Assembly (NCBI GenBank): GCA_903921205.1
Contig: CAIXPF010000095.1
Location: forward strand, 2,042-66,041
Reading direction: 5' to 3'
Origin: an uncultured Acidimicrobiia bacterium
Lineage (GTDB): Bacteria > Actinomycetota > Acidimicrobiia > Acidimicrobiales > CAIXPF01
DNA length: 64,000 nucleotides
The notes beneath the pieces were generated by a model that had not been told where the DNA came from, searched no databases, and saw only the letters and a list, made by a program, of their open reading frames with translations. Of the stretch, positions 39,957 through 50,400 are shown piece after piece; the first letter of the stretch is position 1, and each line of letters opens with the position of its first letter. The translations under genes and the position numbers were made by a program.

Positions 39957-41387
39957 ATGGACCCGATCGAATCGACGGCGACGAGCGGCGAGAGCCTCGC
40001 GAACCCCCAACCGGAGCCCACAACGGCCGAGGGCGAGCCCGAGGCCACCGAAGAACCGACCGCCGCCGGCTCGACCGAGGCCGAAGGTCAGGCTGCCGAC
40101 TCCGCGTCGGGGGCATCGACCGTCGAACCGGCCGAGCCCCCCGTCGACGTGACCGAGGTCGCCACCCAATCGGCCGAGCCCCCGGCCGAACCGGCCGAAC
40201 CGGCCGAACCGGCCGAACCCGCCGAACCCGCCGAACCCGCCGAACCGACGAGCGACACCGCTACCGCCGAACCGGCCAACGAACCCGCCAGCGAACCGGC
40301 CGCCGAACCCGCCACCGACACCGCCACCGACACCGCCACCGAACCGGCCGAGGGCGATGAGCAGCCCGGCGTGGCGACCACGGCGTCGGGCCTGCGCAGC
40401 GGGCAGCTCGTCGAGGGCCGGGTCGTCGCCGTCGATGCGACCGAGGTCGTCGTCGAACTCGGTGACGGCTCCGTCGGGGTCATCGGCAAGCGCCATCTGA
40501 GCGCCGACGGCCGGCTCGACCCGACCGAACTGCTGTCGATCGGCGACGGCGTCGAGGCCGCTGTGCTGGTTCGTGACGACCCCAAGGGCCGGACCGTGCT
40601 CTCGCGGGCGTGGGCGCTCAAGCAACGGGCCTGGGAGAAGGTCGAAGCCGCCAAGGCCACCAATGCCCCCATCACCGGCAACGTGACCGGCCAGGTCAAG
40701 GGCGGACTGGTCGTCGACGTCGGTACCCGGGCGTTCCTGCCCGCATCGCAGATCGACCTGCAGCACGTCGACGACCTCTCGGCCTTCGTCGGCACCGAGA
40801 TCGAAGCCTTGGTCCAGGAGCTCGACCGGGCCAACGACAAGATCGTGCTGTCGCGGCGCAACCTGCTGCGCGCCGCCCAGCGGGCCAAGGCCAACGACTT
40901 CGTGTCCACCTTGGCACCCGGCCAGGTGCACCGGGGCCGGGTGGCGCTGCTCACCGACTTCGGGGCCTTCGTCGAGATCAACGGGGTACGCGGCCTCGTC
41001 CACCTCTCCGAGCTGTCCTGGCGACGGGTCGACCGTGCCGCCGAGGTGGTCACCGCCGGCGACGAGGTCGACGTCAAGATCCTGGCGATCAAGCCCGGCC
41101 GCAAGCTGAGCCTGTCGATCCGGGCGCTCAGCCCCGACCCGCTCAGCACCCTGCAGAACGGTCAGGTCCTCACCGGCGTGGTCACCCGGCTCGCCGACTT
41201 CGGGGCCTTCGTCCGCGTCGGCGACGGCGCCGAGGGCCTCGTGCACCTGACCGAGCTCGCCGAGTACCGAGTCCACGCCCCGGAGGAGATCGTCGCTCCC
41301 GGTGACGAGGTCCTCGTCAAGGTCATCCGCGTCGACCGTAAGCGTCGGCGTCTCGACCTGTCGGTCAACCAGGCCGTGCTGAGCTGA
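39957..41387 (+). CDS. S1 RNA-binding repeat protein (divergent RpsA-like) with acidic PAE-repeat N-terminus
   Basis: Four S1 repeats (VKGGLVVDVG.RAFLPASQ; FGAFV...GLVHLSELSW; FGAFVRV..G.EGLVH). Confidence 0.85.
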   Translation: MDPIESTATSGESLANPQPEPTTAEGEPEATEEPTAAGSTEAEGQAADSASGASTVEPAEPPVDVTEVATQSAEPPAEPAEPAEPAEPAEPAEPAEPTSDTATAEPANEPASEPAAEPATDTATDTATEPAEGDEQPGVATTASGLRSGQLVEGRVVAVDATEVVVELGDGSVGVIGKRHLSADGRLDPTELLSIGDGVEAAVLVRDDPKGRTVLSRAWALKQRAWEKVEAAKATNAPITGNVTGQVKGGLVVDVGTRAFLPASQIDLQHVDDLSAFVGTEIEALVQELDRANDKIVLSRRNLLRAAQRAKANDFVSTLAPGQVHRGRVALLTDFGAFVEINGVRGLVHLSELSWRRVDRAAEVVTAGDEVDVKILAIKPGRKLSLSIRALSPDPLSTLQNGQVLTGVVTRLADFGAFVRVGDGAEGLVHLTELAEYRVHAPEEIVAPGDEVLVKVIRVDRKRRRLDLSVNQAVLS

Positions 41388-41393
41388 GCCCGC

Positions 41394-42119
41394 TCAGCGT
41401 CGAAGTCCCCCCCGCCGGTAGTCCCGCACGTGCGGGGGAACCGGTGCGGCGTTGAGCTGATCCGCCTGGGGCTCGCCTGCGGTGAGCTGCAACGGCAACA
41501 CCCCGGCCCAGACTGCGGCGGCGAGATCCTCCTCGTCGTCGACCGGTGGACCGGTGCGCACCTTGGCCGACGCCTCGCCGAGACCGAGGGCCAGCACCGA
41601 CGTGGCCGCCAGCTCCTTCTTGGTGTTGGGCCGTAGCTGTTCGCGCCGGCCGGGGACGATGTGATCGACGATGGCATCGAGAGCCGTCGACTTCTTGTCG
41701 GGGTCGGTGACCTCACGGGCCAGGCCGAACAGCACGACCGAGCGGTAGTTGATCGAATGATGGAAGGCCGAACGGGCCAGCACCAGCCCGTCGACATGGG
41801 TGACCGCCATCGACACGTCGAGCCCGTCCCGCAAGCTGCGCACCATGCCTGCGGCCGGCGAGCCGTGGACGTACACCGTGTCCCCGAGCCGGCCGTAGGT
41901 GGTGGGGATCACCACCGGACGTCCGTCGCGCCCCGCGAAGCCGAGGTGGCACACGAAGCCCTCGTCGAGGATCGCGCAGATCTCCTCGAGACCGTAGGAC
42001 CCCCGCTCGGGCAGCCGGCGAACCTGCGTGCGCTCGGAGGGGGCGCCGACGCGGTCGGCCGAGCGGGCCGATCCTCCGGGGGGCGACGGGTCCGTGTGGT
42101 TGGGAAGCTCACCTGCCAT
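41394..42119 (-). CDS. Pyridoxamine 5'-phosphate oxidase-like flavin-binding protein
   Basis: ILDEG.VCHLGF, VYVHGS, DGLVLARSAFHHS.NYRSVV, SAKVRTGPP.DD.ED. Confidence 0.88.
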   Translation of the reverse strand: MAGELPNHTDPSPPGGSARSADRVGAPSERTQVRRLPERGSYGLEEICAILDEGFVCHLGFAGRDGRPVVIPTTYGRLGDTVYVHGSPAAGMVRSLRDGLDVSMAVTHVDGLVLARSAFHHSINYRSVVLFGLAREVTDPDKKSTALDAIVDHIVPGRREQLRPNTKKELAATSVLALGLGEASAKVRTGPPVDDEEDLAAAVWAGVLPLQLTAGEPQADQLNAAPVPPHVRDYRRGGLRR

Positions 42120-42251
42120 GGTTCAGGTCTACCGCATGGTCGGAGCCGTTTCGACCGAAATGGCGCCAGTAGGCTCGCAGGCCGTGCGTGTCCGGCCCAC
42201 AGATCTGCACCGGGTCCTGAGCGAGCCGGGCGACGATCGCACCCGGCAGTC

Positions 42252-42788
42252 ATGACCGTCCACCTCTTCGGCGACGGGCTGATCCTGCGGCCGCCGCACC
42301 GCAACGACACCGCTGCGATGGTCAGCGCCGTGCGCGAGTCCCAGCCGGAGATCGGCCGGTTCCTGATCTGGGCGACGGCGGACTACGGCGCGACCGATGC
42401 CGACCAGTGGTGCCGGGCGGTCGACAACCCCGACAACGGCTATCCCCTGCACGTGTTCGACGAGCACGGCAGCCTGCTCGGCGGGGTCGGCCTGCATGCC
42501 GCAGATCAACGCAACGGCAAGATCGAGCTCGGCTACTGGACCCGCTCCTCCGCCCGGGGCCGTGGCGTGGCGGTGCGGGCCACCCGCCTGCTGGCCAACC
42601 GGGCCTTCGACGTCATGGGTTTCCAGCGGATCGAGCTGATCGTCGCCACCGACAACGTGGCCTCCCAGCGGGTGGCGGACAAGCTCGGCGCACGACGCGA
42701 AGGGCTGCTGCACGATCGCCTGAAGCTGCGCCACGGCCTGGTCGACGCCTGGCTCTATGCCCTGCTCAAACGGGATCTTCGTGGATAA
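42252..42788 (+). CDS. RimJ/RimL-type GNAT acetyltransferase
   Basis: ELGYW...ARGRGVA, N.ASQRVA.KLG..REG. Confidence 0.88.
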   Translation: MTVHLFGDGLILRPPHRNDTAAMVSAVRESQPEIGRFLIWATADYGATDADQWCRAVDNPDNGYPLHVFDEHGSLLGGVGLHAADQRNGKIELGYWTRSSARGRGVAVRATRLLANRAFDVMGFQRIELIVATDNVASQRVADKLGARREGLLHDRLKLRHGLVDAWLYALLKRDLRG

Positions 42789-42830
42789 CGGTTGCCGACG
42801 GCCTCTGACCTGTGCCAGGGTTTTCCCACG

Positions 42831-44009
42831 ATGAGTGGTCTACCCCGCGAGTCGGGCCCGTTCCGGTTCCGTCTCCGTCCCGTGGCTGCGGCCCTCGTAG
42901 CGATGGCGCTGTTGGTCGCCGGGTCGCTCGGCATCAACGCCGTCGGCGCCCAGAGCATCGATGATGCTCGCGCCGAGGCCGAGGCCCTCGCCGCCGATCT
43001 GGCGAGCACCCAGGAGCGCCTGATCGAGCTCGCGGAGGAATACAACCGGGCCACCGCCGACCTCGAAACGGCAAAGGTCCAGGTCGCCGCGGCCCAGAAG
43101 CAACTCGAGGCCAACCAGGCCGTGCTCGACCGGACCAGGGCCCAGCTGCGCGACTATGCCCTGCAGGCCTACGTGTCCGGCGGCGGCGAGCGGGAGCTCG
43201 ACGGCTTCTTCGGTGCCGATGCCAACACCGTCGACCAGCGGCTGAACTACATCAAGACCGCAGCCGGCAACAAGAAGCAACTGCTCGACGACGTGGCCGA
43301 GGCCAGCAAGCGGGTCGACAGGCAACTGGCGCAGATGCAGCTGGCCCAGAAGGCCGCCGAGGCCGAGCAGGCCCGCATCGACCGGGCCCAGGCCGAGGCC
43401 GGCCAGCTCGAGGCCGAGACCGCCGACCTGCTCGAGCAGGCCAACGGACGCCTCGCCACCCTGGTGGCCGAGGCCGAGGCCCGCCGCGAGGCTCAGGAAC
43501 GCGAAGCCGCCCTCGCTGCGGCTCGCGCTGCGCAGATTCAGGTCCAGGTCCAGAGCGAGAACACCACCTCCGCAGGCTCGTCCGGTGGCGGCAGCGGTTC
43601 CGGCGGCACCACCCCGCCGCCACCCGTGGTGTACACCCCGCCCCCCGGCCTGCGAGCCGAGGCAGCCATCGCGGTGCAGGCGGCGATGAGCCAGATAGGC
43701 GTCCCCTACGTGTTCGGCGGGGCCAGCCCCTCGGCGGGGTTCGACTGTTCGGGCCTGATGTACTGGGCCTACGCCCAGGCCGGCGTCAGCATCTCCCGCC
43801 CGGCCGACTATCAGCGCGACGACTCGGTGCGCATCAGCTACGAGGATCTCCAGCCCGGCGACCTGGTGTTCTACGGCGAACCGCCGAGCCATGTCGGCAT
43901 GTACATCGGCAACGACGAGATCGTGAACGCGCCGCGGACCGGCGAGGTGGTCAGCGTCAAGAACATGTTCTACTCGAGCAAGCCGATGACCTACGGACGG
44001 ATCGTCTGA
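42831..44009 (+). CDS. NlpC/P60 peptidoglycan endopeptidase with N-terminal coiled coil
   Basis: Signal peptide, coiled coil, GVPYVFGG, FDCSGL, PGDLVF, HVGMYIG. Confidence 0.92.
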   Translation: MSGLPRESGPFRFRLRPVAAALVAMALLVAGSLGINAVGAQSIDDARAEAEALAADLASTQERLIELAEEYNRATADLETAKVQVAAAQKQLEANQAVLDRTRAQLRDYALQAYVSGGGERELDGFFGADANTVDQRLNYIKTAAGNKKQLLDDVAEASKRVDRQLAQMQLAQKAAEAEQARIDRAQAEAGQLEAETADLLEQANGRLATLVAEAEARREAQEREAALAAARAAQIQVQVQSENTTSAGSSGGGSGSGGTTPPPPVVYTPPPGLRAEAAIAVQAAMSQIGVPYVFGGASPSAGFDCSGLMYWAYAQAGVSISRPADYQRDDSVRISYEDLQPGDLVFYGEPPSHVGMYIGNDEIVNAPRTGEVVSVKNMFYSSKPMTYGRIV

Positions 44010-44118
44010 GCGGTTCACCGAGGCAGCCGCCATGCACGGTTGCCACACGGCCCTTTACCCGGGAACCCGGGCTGCCGATACCGACAGGGAAGGTTTATCC
44101 CCTGTGGAGGCAACCACC

Positions 44119-44583
44119 ATGCGCCGTCAGCTCTTCGCCCTCACCCTTTCCGGCCTGCTGATCCTCGGTGCCTGCAGCAGCGATGACACCTCGTCGGACG
44201 CAGCCAAGGACACCGCTCACAACAGCGCCGCCGGCATGAGCGGCACCGGCCCCGTCGCCGAGGCCACGACGTGTGCCGAGCTGACCAAGGCCGCCGAGCC
44301 GGTCTTCACCAAGCTGTTCCAGAGCCTCGTGGACGACGCCCAGATGCTCACGGCCGAGCAGCTCGCCGCTGCGGCCAAGGACGTCGAGTCCTCCAAGCTG
44401 TTCACCGACTTCGAGGCCCGCCTGCAGGTCGACGGCACCGCCATCGAGGACAAGGCACAGGCACTCCAGTGCAGCCAGGACGATGCCAAGGCCGCCATGT
44501 GCGCTGCGGTCGACGGGGTCGACGGCAAGGGGAACCTCCTCGCCGAGTCGATGATCTCCGGCATGACCGCCGAGTGCTCCTGA
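44119..44583 (+). CDS. Hypothetical lipoprotein with four additional Cys
   Basis: GGAGG RBS; lipobox LGAC. Confidence 0.78.
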   Translation: MRRQLFALTLSGLLILGACSSDDTSSDAAKDTAHNSAAGMSGTGPVAEATTCAELTKAAEPVFTKLFQSLVDDAQMLTAEQLAAAAKDVESSKLFTDFEARLQVDGTAIEDKAQALQCSQDDAKAAMCAAVDGVDGKGNLLAESMISGMTAECS

Positions 44584-44589
44584 TCTCGC

Positions 44590-45141
44590 TCAGCCCGCAT
44601 CCAACCTGAGCAGGCCGATCACGCTCATCGCATCGCGTATCCGGCCATCGCGAGCCATCGCCACCGCGTCGGCCAGCGGCAGCCGCCACACGGTGATCGC
44701 CTCGGTGTCCTCTGGTTCGGGCTCGCCCTGGTGCAACCCCCGGGCCACGAACAGGTACGCCTTCTCGTCGGACACCGAGTTCGACAACTGCAGATCGCCG
44801 AGGAGCAGCTCGACGACCTCGGCCACCAACCCGGTCTCCTCCCGCAGCTCTCGACGGGCGCAGTCCTCGAGGCCCTCCCCAGCGGGGCATCCGCCCTCGG
44901 GGATCTCCCACTCGTAGCACCGGTGTGGATAGCGGTACTGGCCGACCAGCCAGGTGTAGCCCTCCTCGTCGACGGGGATGACGCCCACCGCCCGGTTGCG
45001 GAACTCCACGACCCCGTAGATGCCGGGTCCGCCGCGGGGGTTGAGCACCCGGTCTTCGCGCACCCGGATCCAGGGGTTGGCGTACACCTCGGTGCTCGAC
45101 AGCGTCGTCCACGGGTTCGGAGAAGACGATGTCCCGGTCAC
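44590..45141 (-). CDS. NUDIX hydrolase (ADP-ribose pyrophosphatase-like)
   Basis: LVGQYRYP, WEIPEGG, ARRELREETGL. Confidence 0.9.
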   Translation of the reverse strand: MTGTSSSPNPWTTLSSTEVYANPWIRVREDRVLNPRGGPGIYGVVEFRNRAVGVIPVDEEGYTWLVGQYRYPHRCYEWEIPEGGCPAGEGLEDCARRELREETGLVAEVVELLLGDLQLSNSVSDEKAYLFVARGLHQGEPEPEDTEAITVWRLPLADAVAMARDGRIRDAMSVIGLLRLDAG

Positions 45142-45219
45142 GCACCGACGAGGTTACGTCGGGCGTGCCGGGACGTCATCTCCTGGCTGGTTCCCCGTGG
45201 TTGGCCCGGGGTGGGCGGA

Positions 45220-45822
45220 TCAGGACGGGATGAGCACCGCGTCGATCACGTGGATGGTGCCGTTGCTGGTCTTGATGTCGGTCTTGATCACCTTCACCTT
45301 GTCGTTCAGCAGCACGGTGGAGCCGTCGACCTTGATGGTGACCGGCTTGCCCGCCACCGTGTCGGCCTTGGTGAGCTTCACGACGTCGGCGGCCTTCACG
45401 TCACCGGCGACCACGTGGTACTTCAGGATCTCCTGCAGCTTGGCCTTGTTCTCGGGCTTGAGCAGGCTGTCGAGCGTGCCCGCCGGCAGCGCGGCGAAGG
45501 CGGCGTCGGTGGGGGCGAACACGGTGAAGGGCCCCTTGCCCTTGAGCGTGTCGACGAGGTCGGCGGCCTTCAGCGCCGCAGCGAGGGTCTTGAAGTCACC
45601 GGCGGCCACGGCCGTGTCCACGATGTCCTTCAGCCCGGCATTGGCTGCGGTCGTCGCCGGCGCAGTGGTGGCCGGCATCTCCGCCGCCTTGGTGGTGGCG
45701 GGCATCTCGGCCGCCTTGGTGGTGGCCGTTTCCTCCTCGGCGGCGTCGTCGCTGCCTCCGCAGGCGGCGAGGAGCAACGACGCCCCGAGCAGGGGGGCGA
45801 GCAGGCGACGGGTGCGAACCAT
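45220..45822 (-). CDS. Fasciclin (FAS1) domain lipoprotein, MPT70/MPT83-like
   Basis: Lipobox LAAC; [32 protein letters not shown]. Confidence 0.93.
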   Translation of the reverse strand: MVRTRRLLAPLLGASLLLAACGGSDDAAEEETATTKAAEMPATTKAAEMPATTAPATTAANAGLKDIVDTAVAAGDFKTLAAALKAADLVDTLKGKGPFTVFAPTDAAFAALPAGTLDSLLKPENKAKLQEILKYHVVAGDVKAADVVKLTKADTVAGKPVTIKVDGSTVLLNDKVKVIKTDIKTSNGTIHVIDAVLIPS

Positions 45823-45876
45823 GGGAATCCTCCGGGTGATCGTGCCGAGGGGTCGGCAGCAGGTCATCGCCGGTAC

Positions 45877-45904
45877 TTCGCTCCCATCACCCGACCTGGA
45901 TGCA
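45877..45904 (-). promoter_or_regulatory. SigK-type ECF promoter TGCATCCA-N13-GAGCGAA upstream of the fasciclin gene
   Basis: Same boxes and spacing as the element upstream of sigK; fits CATCC/CGAA SigK promoter elements. Confidence 0.8.
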
Positions 45905-45933
45905 GGGCGACCGAGAAATCTTCCGTCAACCGC

Positions 45934-46677
45934 TCACAGCGGCATCGTGCCCCGCAGCACCGAGCGGCCCGAGTGGGTGGGCACACCGTCTGCAGGCTCG
46001 ATGCTCACGTCGACCACGCGGTACACCGTCGGGTCGATGCCCCGCGGGATCGCGAGCCTGCCGGAACCGTCGACCGCACCGAGGGACACCATGCGTTACA
46101 GGTTCGAGGCGGGATCGATCAACCACACCTCGGCGTAACTGCCCTCCGGCAACGGGTCGAGCTGCTGGTCGAGCCGGAGGTAGGTGCGACCATCGGCCGA
46201 CCGCACCAGACGAGCCTCGCCGGAGCCGCTGCCCTCGAGCGGCTGCAGGGCGACCTCGGCCACCACCTGCGACCCACCCGTCCGGTTGGTCAGCAATGCC
46301 GCACCGACCGCGATCACCGCCACCAGCGACGCCGCCGCGAGCACCAGACCCCGCCACGATCGGCCCGGCCGCGGCGGACGCTGCATCAGCGGCAGGATCG
46401 TCGCCCCGCCGCCGGTCGCCGGTGGCTGCGCGACGGTGTCGGGCTCGGGCTCGGCACCCGGGCCGGGGATGACGCCGGCGAGGCCGAGCTCGGCGGCGAC
46501 CCGCTCCCAGATCTGGGTCGGCGGAGCCGGCAGCTCCTCATCGGTTCGCGCGCCGGCCGCCTGCGCCGCACGGCCGAGGCGCAGCAGTACCCGCTCGTCG
46601 TCGCTCGTGGGCTCCGGCGTGAGCGGCTCCCCGCGCAGCAGCCGGAGGAGCCGGTCATCAGGGTCGATCGGCAGCAT
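45934..46677 (-). pseudogene. rskA: Anti-sigma-K factor RskA with in-frame TAA at 46096-46098
   Basis: TM helix, then EVWLIDPASNL*RMVSLG...VVDVSIEPADG.PTHSGRSVLRG; the conserved RskA C-terminal domain continues in frame past the stop. Confidence 0.8.
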
Positions 46678-47224
46678 CGAATCCCTCCAGATAACGGCGT
46701 AGGCGGTCGAGACCCCGGCGGATGTCGCTCTTCACGGTACCGAGTGGCAGCCCGGTCCGCTCGGCGATCTCCTGGTGGGTGGCATCGGAGTAGAACGCCA
46801 ACTCGAGCACGGAGCGGGGCCGGGGATCCAGTTGACGCAAGGCTTCGGCAAGCAAGAGACGTTCGGCCGTCAGGGCGGTGGTATCGGCGAGGTCGCCCCC
46901 GGCGCCGGACTGCTCCGCCGCGGCGCGTGCACGCCCGGCGCGTTCCCGGGCACGGAGGTGGTCGATGCACTTGAACCGGGCGATGCCCACCAACCAGCCG
47001 GCCAGCGACCCCCGCTCCCGGTGGTATCCGGACCGGCCGCGCCAGGCCGCCACCCAGACGTCCTGGCTGACGTCGGCGGCGTCGTCCTCGCCCACGGTGC
47101 GGCAGCACAGGCGGTAGACCAACGGACCGAAGCGCTGGTAGGCCTGCTGCAGGCTGTCCTCGTATCCGGCCGCGAAACGCTGCTCGAGGAGCGTCAGCTG
47201 CGCCTCGTCCTCGGGCGGGGTCAC
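46658..47224 (-). CDS. sigK: ECF RNA polymerase sigma factor, SigK-like (alternative start ATG 47314)
   Basis: AADVSQDVWV.AW, WL..IAR, LELAFY...THQEIA..TGLPLGTVKS.IRRGL; precedes rskA and the fasciclin gene. Confidence 0.85.
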   Translation of the reverse strand: MTPPEDEAQLTLLEQRFAAGYEDSLQQAYQRFGPLVYRLCCRTVGEDDAADVSQDVWVAAWRGRSGYHRERGSLAGWLVGIARFKCIDHLRARERAGRARAAAEQSGAGGDLADTTALTAERLLLAEALRQLDPRPRSVLELAFYSDATHQEIAERTGLPLGTVKSDIRRGLDRLRRYLEGFDAADRP

Positions 47225-47354
47225 GTGGTCACCGTAGCCGACCCAGATCATCTGGTGGACGCGGCCCGGCGAGCGGCGGCGCACCATCAGATCGGTGGCC
47301 CCGACAGCGCTCATGGCGACGGGACCCGGGGGCGAACGCTCTCCACGCCGGAGT

Positions 47355-47382
47355 TTCGCTCACCGCGTGCCGTTTGGATGCA
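47355..47382 (-). promoter_or_regulatory. SigK-type autoregulatory promoter TGCATCCA-N13-GAGCGAA
   Basis: Second copy of the motif at 45877-45904. Confidence 0.78.
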
Positions 47383-47430
47383 CCCGGCCCGACGCGGTTG
47401 CGGCCATCGCCGCCGGGCCGGTGCCGTCGG

Positions 47431-50400
47431 CTAGCCGGTGGCGGCGACGGTGATGGTGAAGCTGACCGGGAGCTCTTCCAACGTGCCCGGCACCGCCTGT
47501 GCTCCGTCGGCGAAGGACACGGTCGAGGCCAACACCGCGTCGGCCACCGTCGTGCGGTGCGCCTCGATGGCGCCGCGCACCGTCTCGGGCAGCTCGACGA
47601 CGAGATCGATACGGTCGGTGACCGCCAGGTCGGCGTCCTTGCGGGCCTGCTGGACCAGGCGGATCAGGTCGCGCGCCGTGCCCTCGGCGCGCAGGTCGTC
47701 GGTCAGCTCCACGTCGAGGTTGACCACCGCGTCGTTGCCGCGCAGTGCTGCGGTGGCGGCACCCTCGGGTGCGGTCAACGCCAGGTCGAACTCGCCCGAC
47801 ACCAGCGTGTGACCAGCCACCACCACGGTGCCGTCGTCGTTGGCCTGCCACTGTCCGTCCTTGGCGGCCTTGATGACGGTCTGGACGTCCTTGCCGAGCT
47901 TGGGGCCGAGCACCCGGCCGTTGGGACGCAGGACGAACTGTCCGAAGGCCTCGAGGTCGCCGGAGAATTCCACGTGCTTGACGTTGAGCTCGTCGGCGAT
48001 CAGCTCGGTGTAGGCGGCCAGCTCGTCGGTGTCGCGGCCGGCCACGGTGAGGCGGGCCAGCGGGAGGCGCACCCGCAGGTTGCGGGCCTCGCGCAACGAC
48101 AGGGCGGCGGAGCAGACCTCGCGGACGCGGTCCATACGCCGCACGAGGTCGTCGTCGGCGGGCAGCAGGTCCGGCTGCGGCCAGTCGGTCAGGTGGACGG
48201 AGGCCTCACCGGTCAGGCCCCGGTAGACCTCCTCGGTGAGGAACGGCAGCAGCGGTGCCGCCACCCGGGTCAGGGTGTGCAGCACGGTGTAGAGCGTGTC
48301 GAAGGCGTCTCGGTCGACCTCGGCCCCCCAGAACCGTTCCCGCGAACGGCGGATGTACCAGTTGTTGAGAGCATCGAGGAACGACGCCACGTCGGCGCAG
48401 GCCCCGGCCAGGTCGTACTCGTCGAGCCGACGGGTCACCGAGTCGATCAGGGTCCGGGTCTTGGCCAGCACGTACCGGTCGAGCAGGTGCCCGGAATCGG
48501 TGCGCCATACCGCCTGGTACTGATCGACGTTCGCGTAGAGGGTGAAGAAGTACCAGGCGTTCCAGATCGGGTTGAGAACCAGGCGCACCACCTCGGAGAT
48601 GCCCGAACCCTCCCGGTCGATGCGCAGGTCGAGCCCGCGCAGGATCGGCGAGGAGACCAGGAACCACCGCAGGGCGTCGGAGCCGATGGTCTCGAAGACC
48701 TCCTCCGGGTCGGGATAGTTACGCAGCCGCTTGGACAGCTTGCGGCCGTCCTCGTCGAGCACCACCCCGTGGCAGATGCAGTTCTTGAACGCCGGCCGGT
48801 CGAACAGCGCCACCGACAGCACGTGCATCGTGTAGAACCAGCCGCGGGTCTGGGCGATGTACTCGACGATGAAGTCGGCGGTGTGGTCGTCGACCCACTG
48901 CTTGTTCTCGAAGGGGTAGTGCGACTGGGCGAAGGGCATCGAACCCGACTCGAACCAGCAGTCGAGCACCTCGGGCACCCGCCGCATCATCGAGCGGCCG
49001 GTGGGGTCGTCGGGGTTGGGCCGGACCAGATCGTCGATGAAGGGCCGGTGCAGGTCGGTCACCGGCACACCGAAGTCGGCCTCGAGCTCGGCGATCGACC
49101 CGTACACGTCGATACGGGGGTAGGCGGGGTCGTCGCTGCGCCACACCGGGATGGGTGCACCCCAGAAGCGGTTACGGGAGATCGACCAGTCGCGCGCACC
49201 CTCGAGCCACTTGCCGAACGCCCCGTCACGCACGTGGCCGGGAATCCAGTTGATCTCCTGGTTCAGCTCCACCAGCCGGTCGCGGAACGCCGTGACCTCG
49301 ACGTACCAGCTCGACAGGGCCCGGTAGATGACGGGGGTGTCGGTCCGCCAGCAGTGCGGATAGTTGTGGGTATAGCTGTCCGCCCGGACCAGCTTGCCCT
49401 CCTCCCGCAGCCGCCGGGTGATCGGGGTGTTCGCCTCGAACACGTTCATCCCGGCGAAGTCCGACACCTCCTCGGTGAAGCAGCCCTCGTCATCGACCGG
49501 CACCACCAGCTCGATGCCGTTGGCCTCGCACACCCGCTGGTCGTCCTCACCGAAGCCGGGGGCCATGTGGACGACGCCCACGCCCTCGCTGGTGTCGACG
49601 AAGTCGCCGGCCAGGATGCGGAACGAGCCCCGCTCCTTGTGCTCGGCGAAGTAGCCGAACAGCGGCACGTAGGTACGCCCGACCAGCTCGGTGCCCTTGA
49701 TGGTGCCCACCTGCTCGGCGTCGGCGAGCTCGCGCTCGTACTTGCCGACGGTCTCGGCACCGAGCACGTAGTGGGTACCGTCGGCCTCGCGGTAGACGGC
49801 GTAGTCGAGGTCGGGCCCCACCGCCAGGGCCTGGTTCGACGGCAGGGTCCACGGGGTGGTCGTCCACGCCAGGACCTTCATCACACCGGGGTCGCCGGGA
49901 CGGGGGTCGAGCGTGAACAGCACGGTCAGCGCCGGGTCCTGACGGGGCCGGGTGGCGTCGTCGAGACGGATCTCGAAGTTCGACAGCGGCGTCTGCGCGC
50001 CCCACGAGTAGGGCATGACGCGATGGGCCTCGTACACCAGGCCCTTGTCGTAGAGCTGCTTGAAGGCCCACATGACGCTCTCCATGTAGGAGACGTCCAT
50101 GGTCTTGTAGTCGTCGTCGAAGTCGACCCAGCGGGCCTGGCGGGTGACGTAGTCGCGCCATTGGTCGGTGTAGCGCAGGACCGAGGTGCGGCAGTGCTGG
50201 TTGAAGTTCTCGATGCCGAAGTCGATGATGTTGCGCCGGCCCGAGACGCCGAGCTCCTTCTCCGACTCCATCTCGGCCGGCAGGCCGTGGCAGTCCCAGC
50301 CGAAGCGTCGCTCGACCCGCTTGCCCCGCATGGCCTGGTAGCGGGGCACCACGTCCTTCACGTACCCGGTGAGCAGGTGGCCGTAGTGGGGCAGTCCGTT

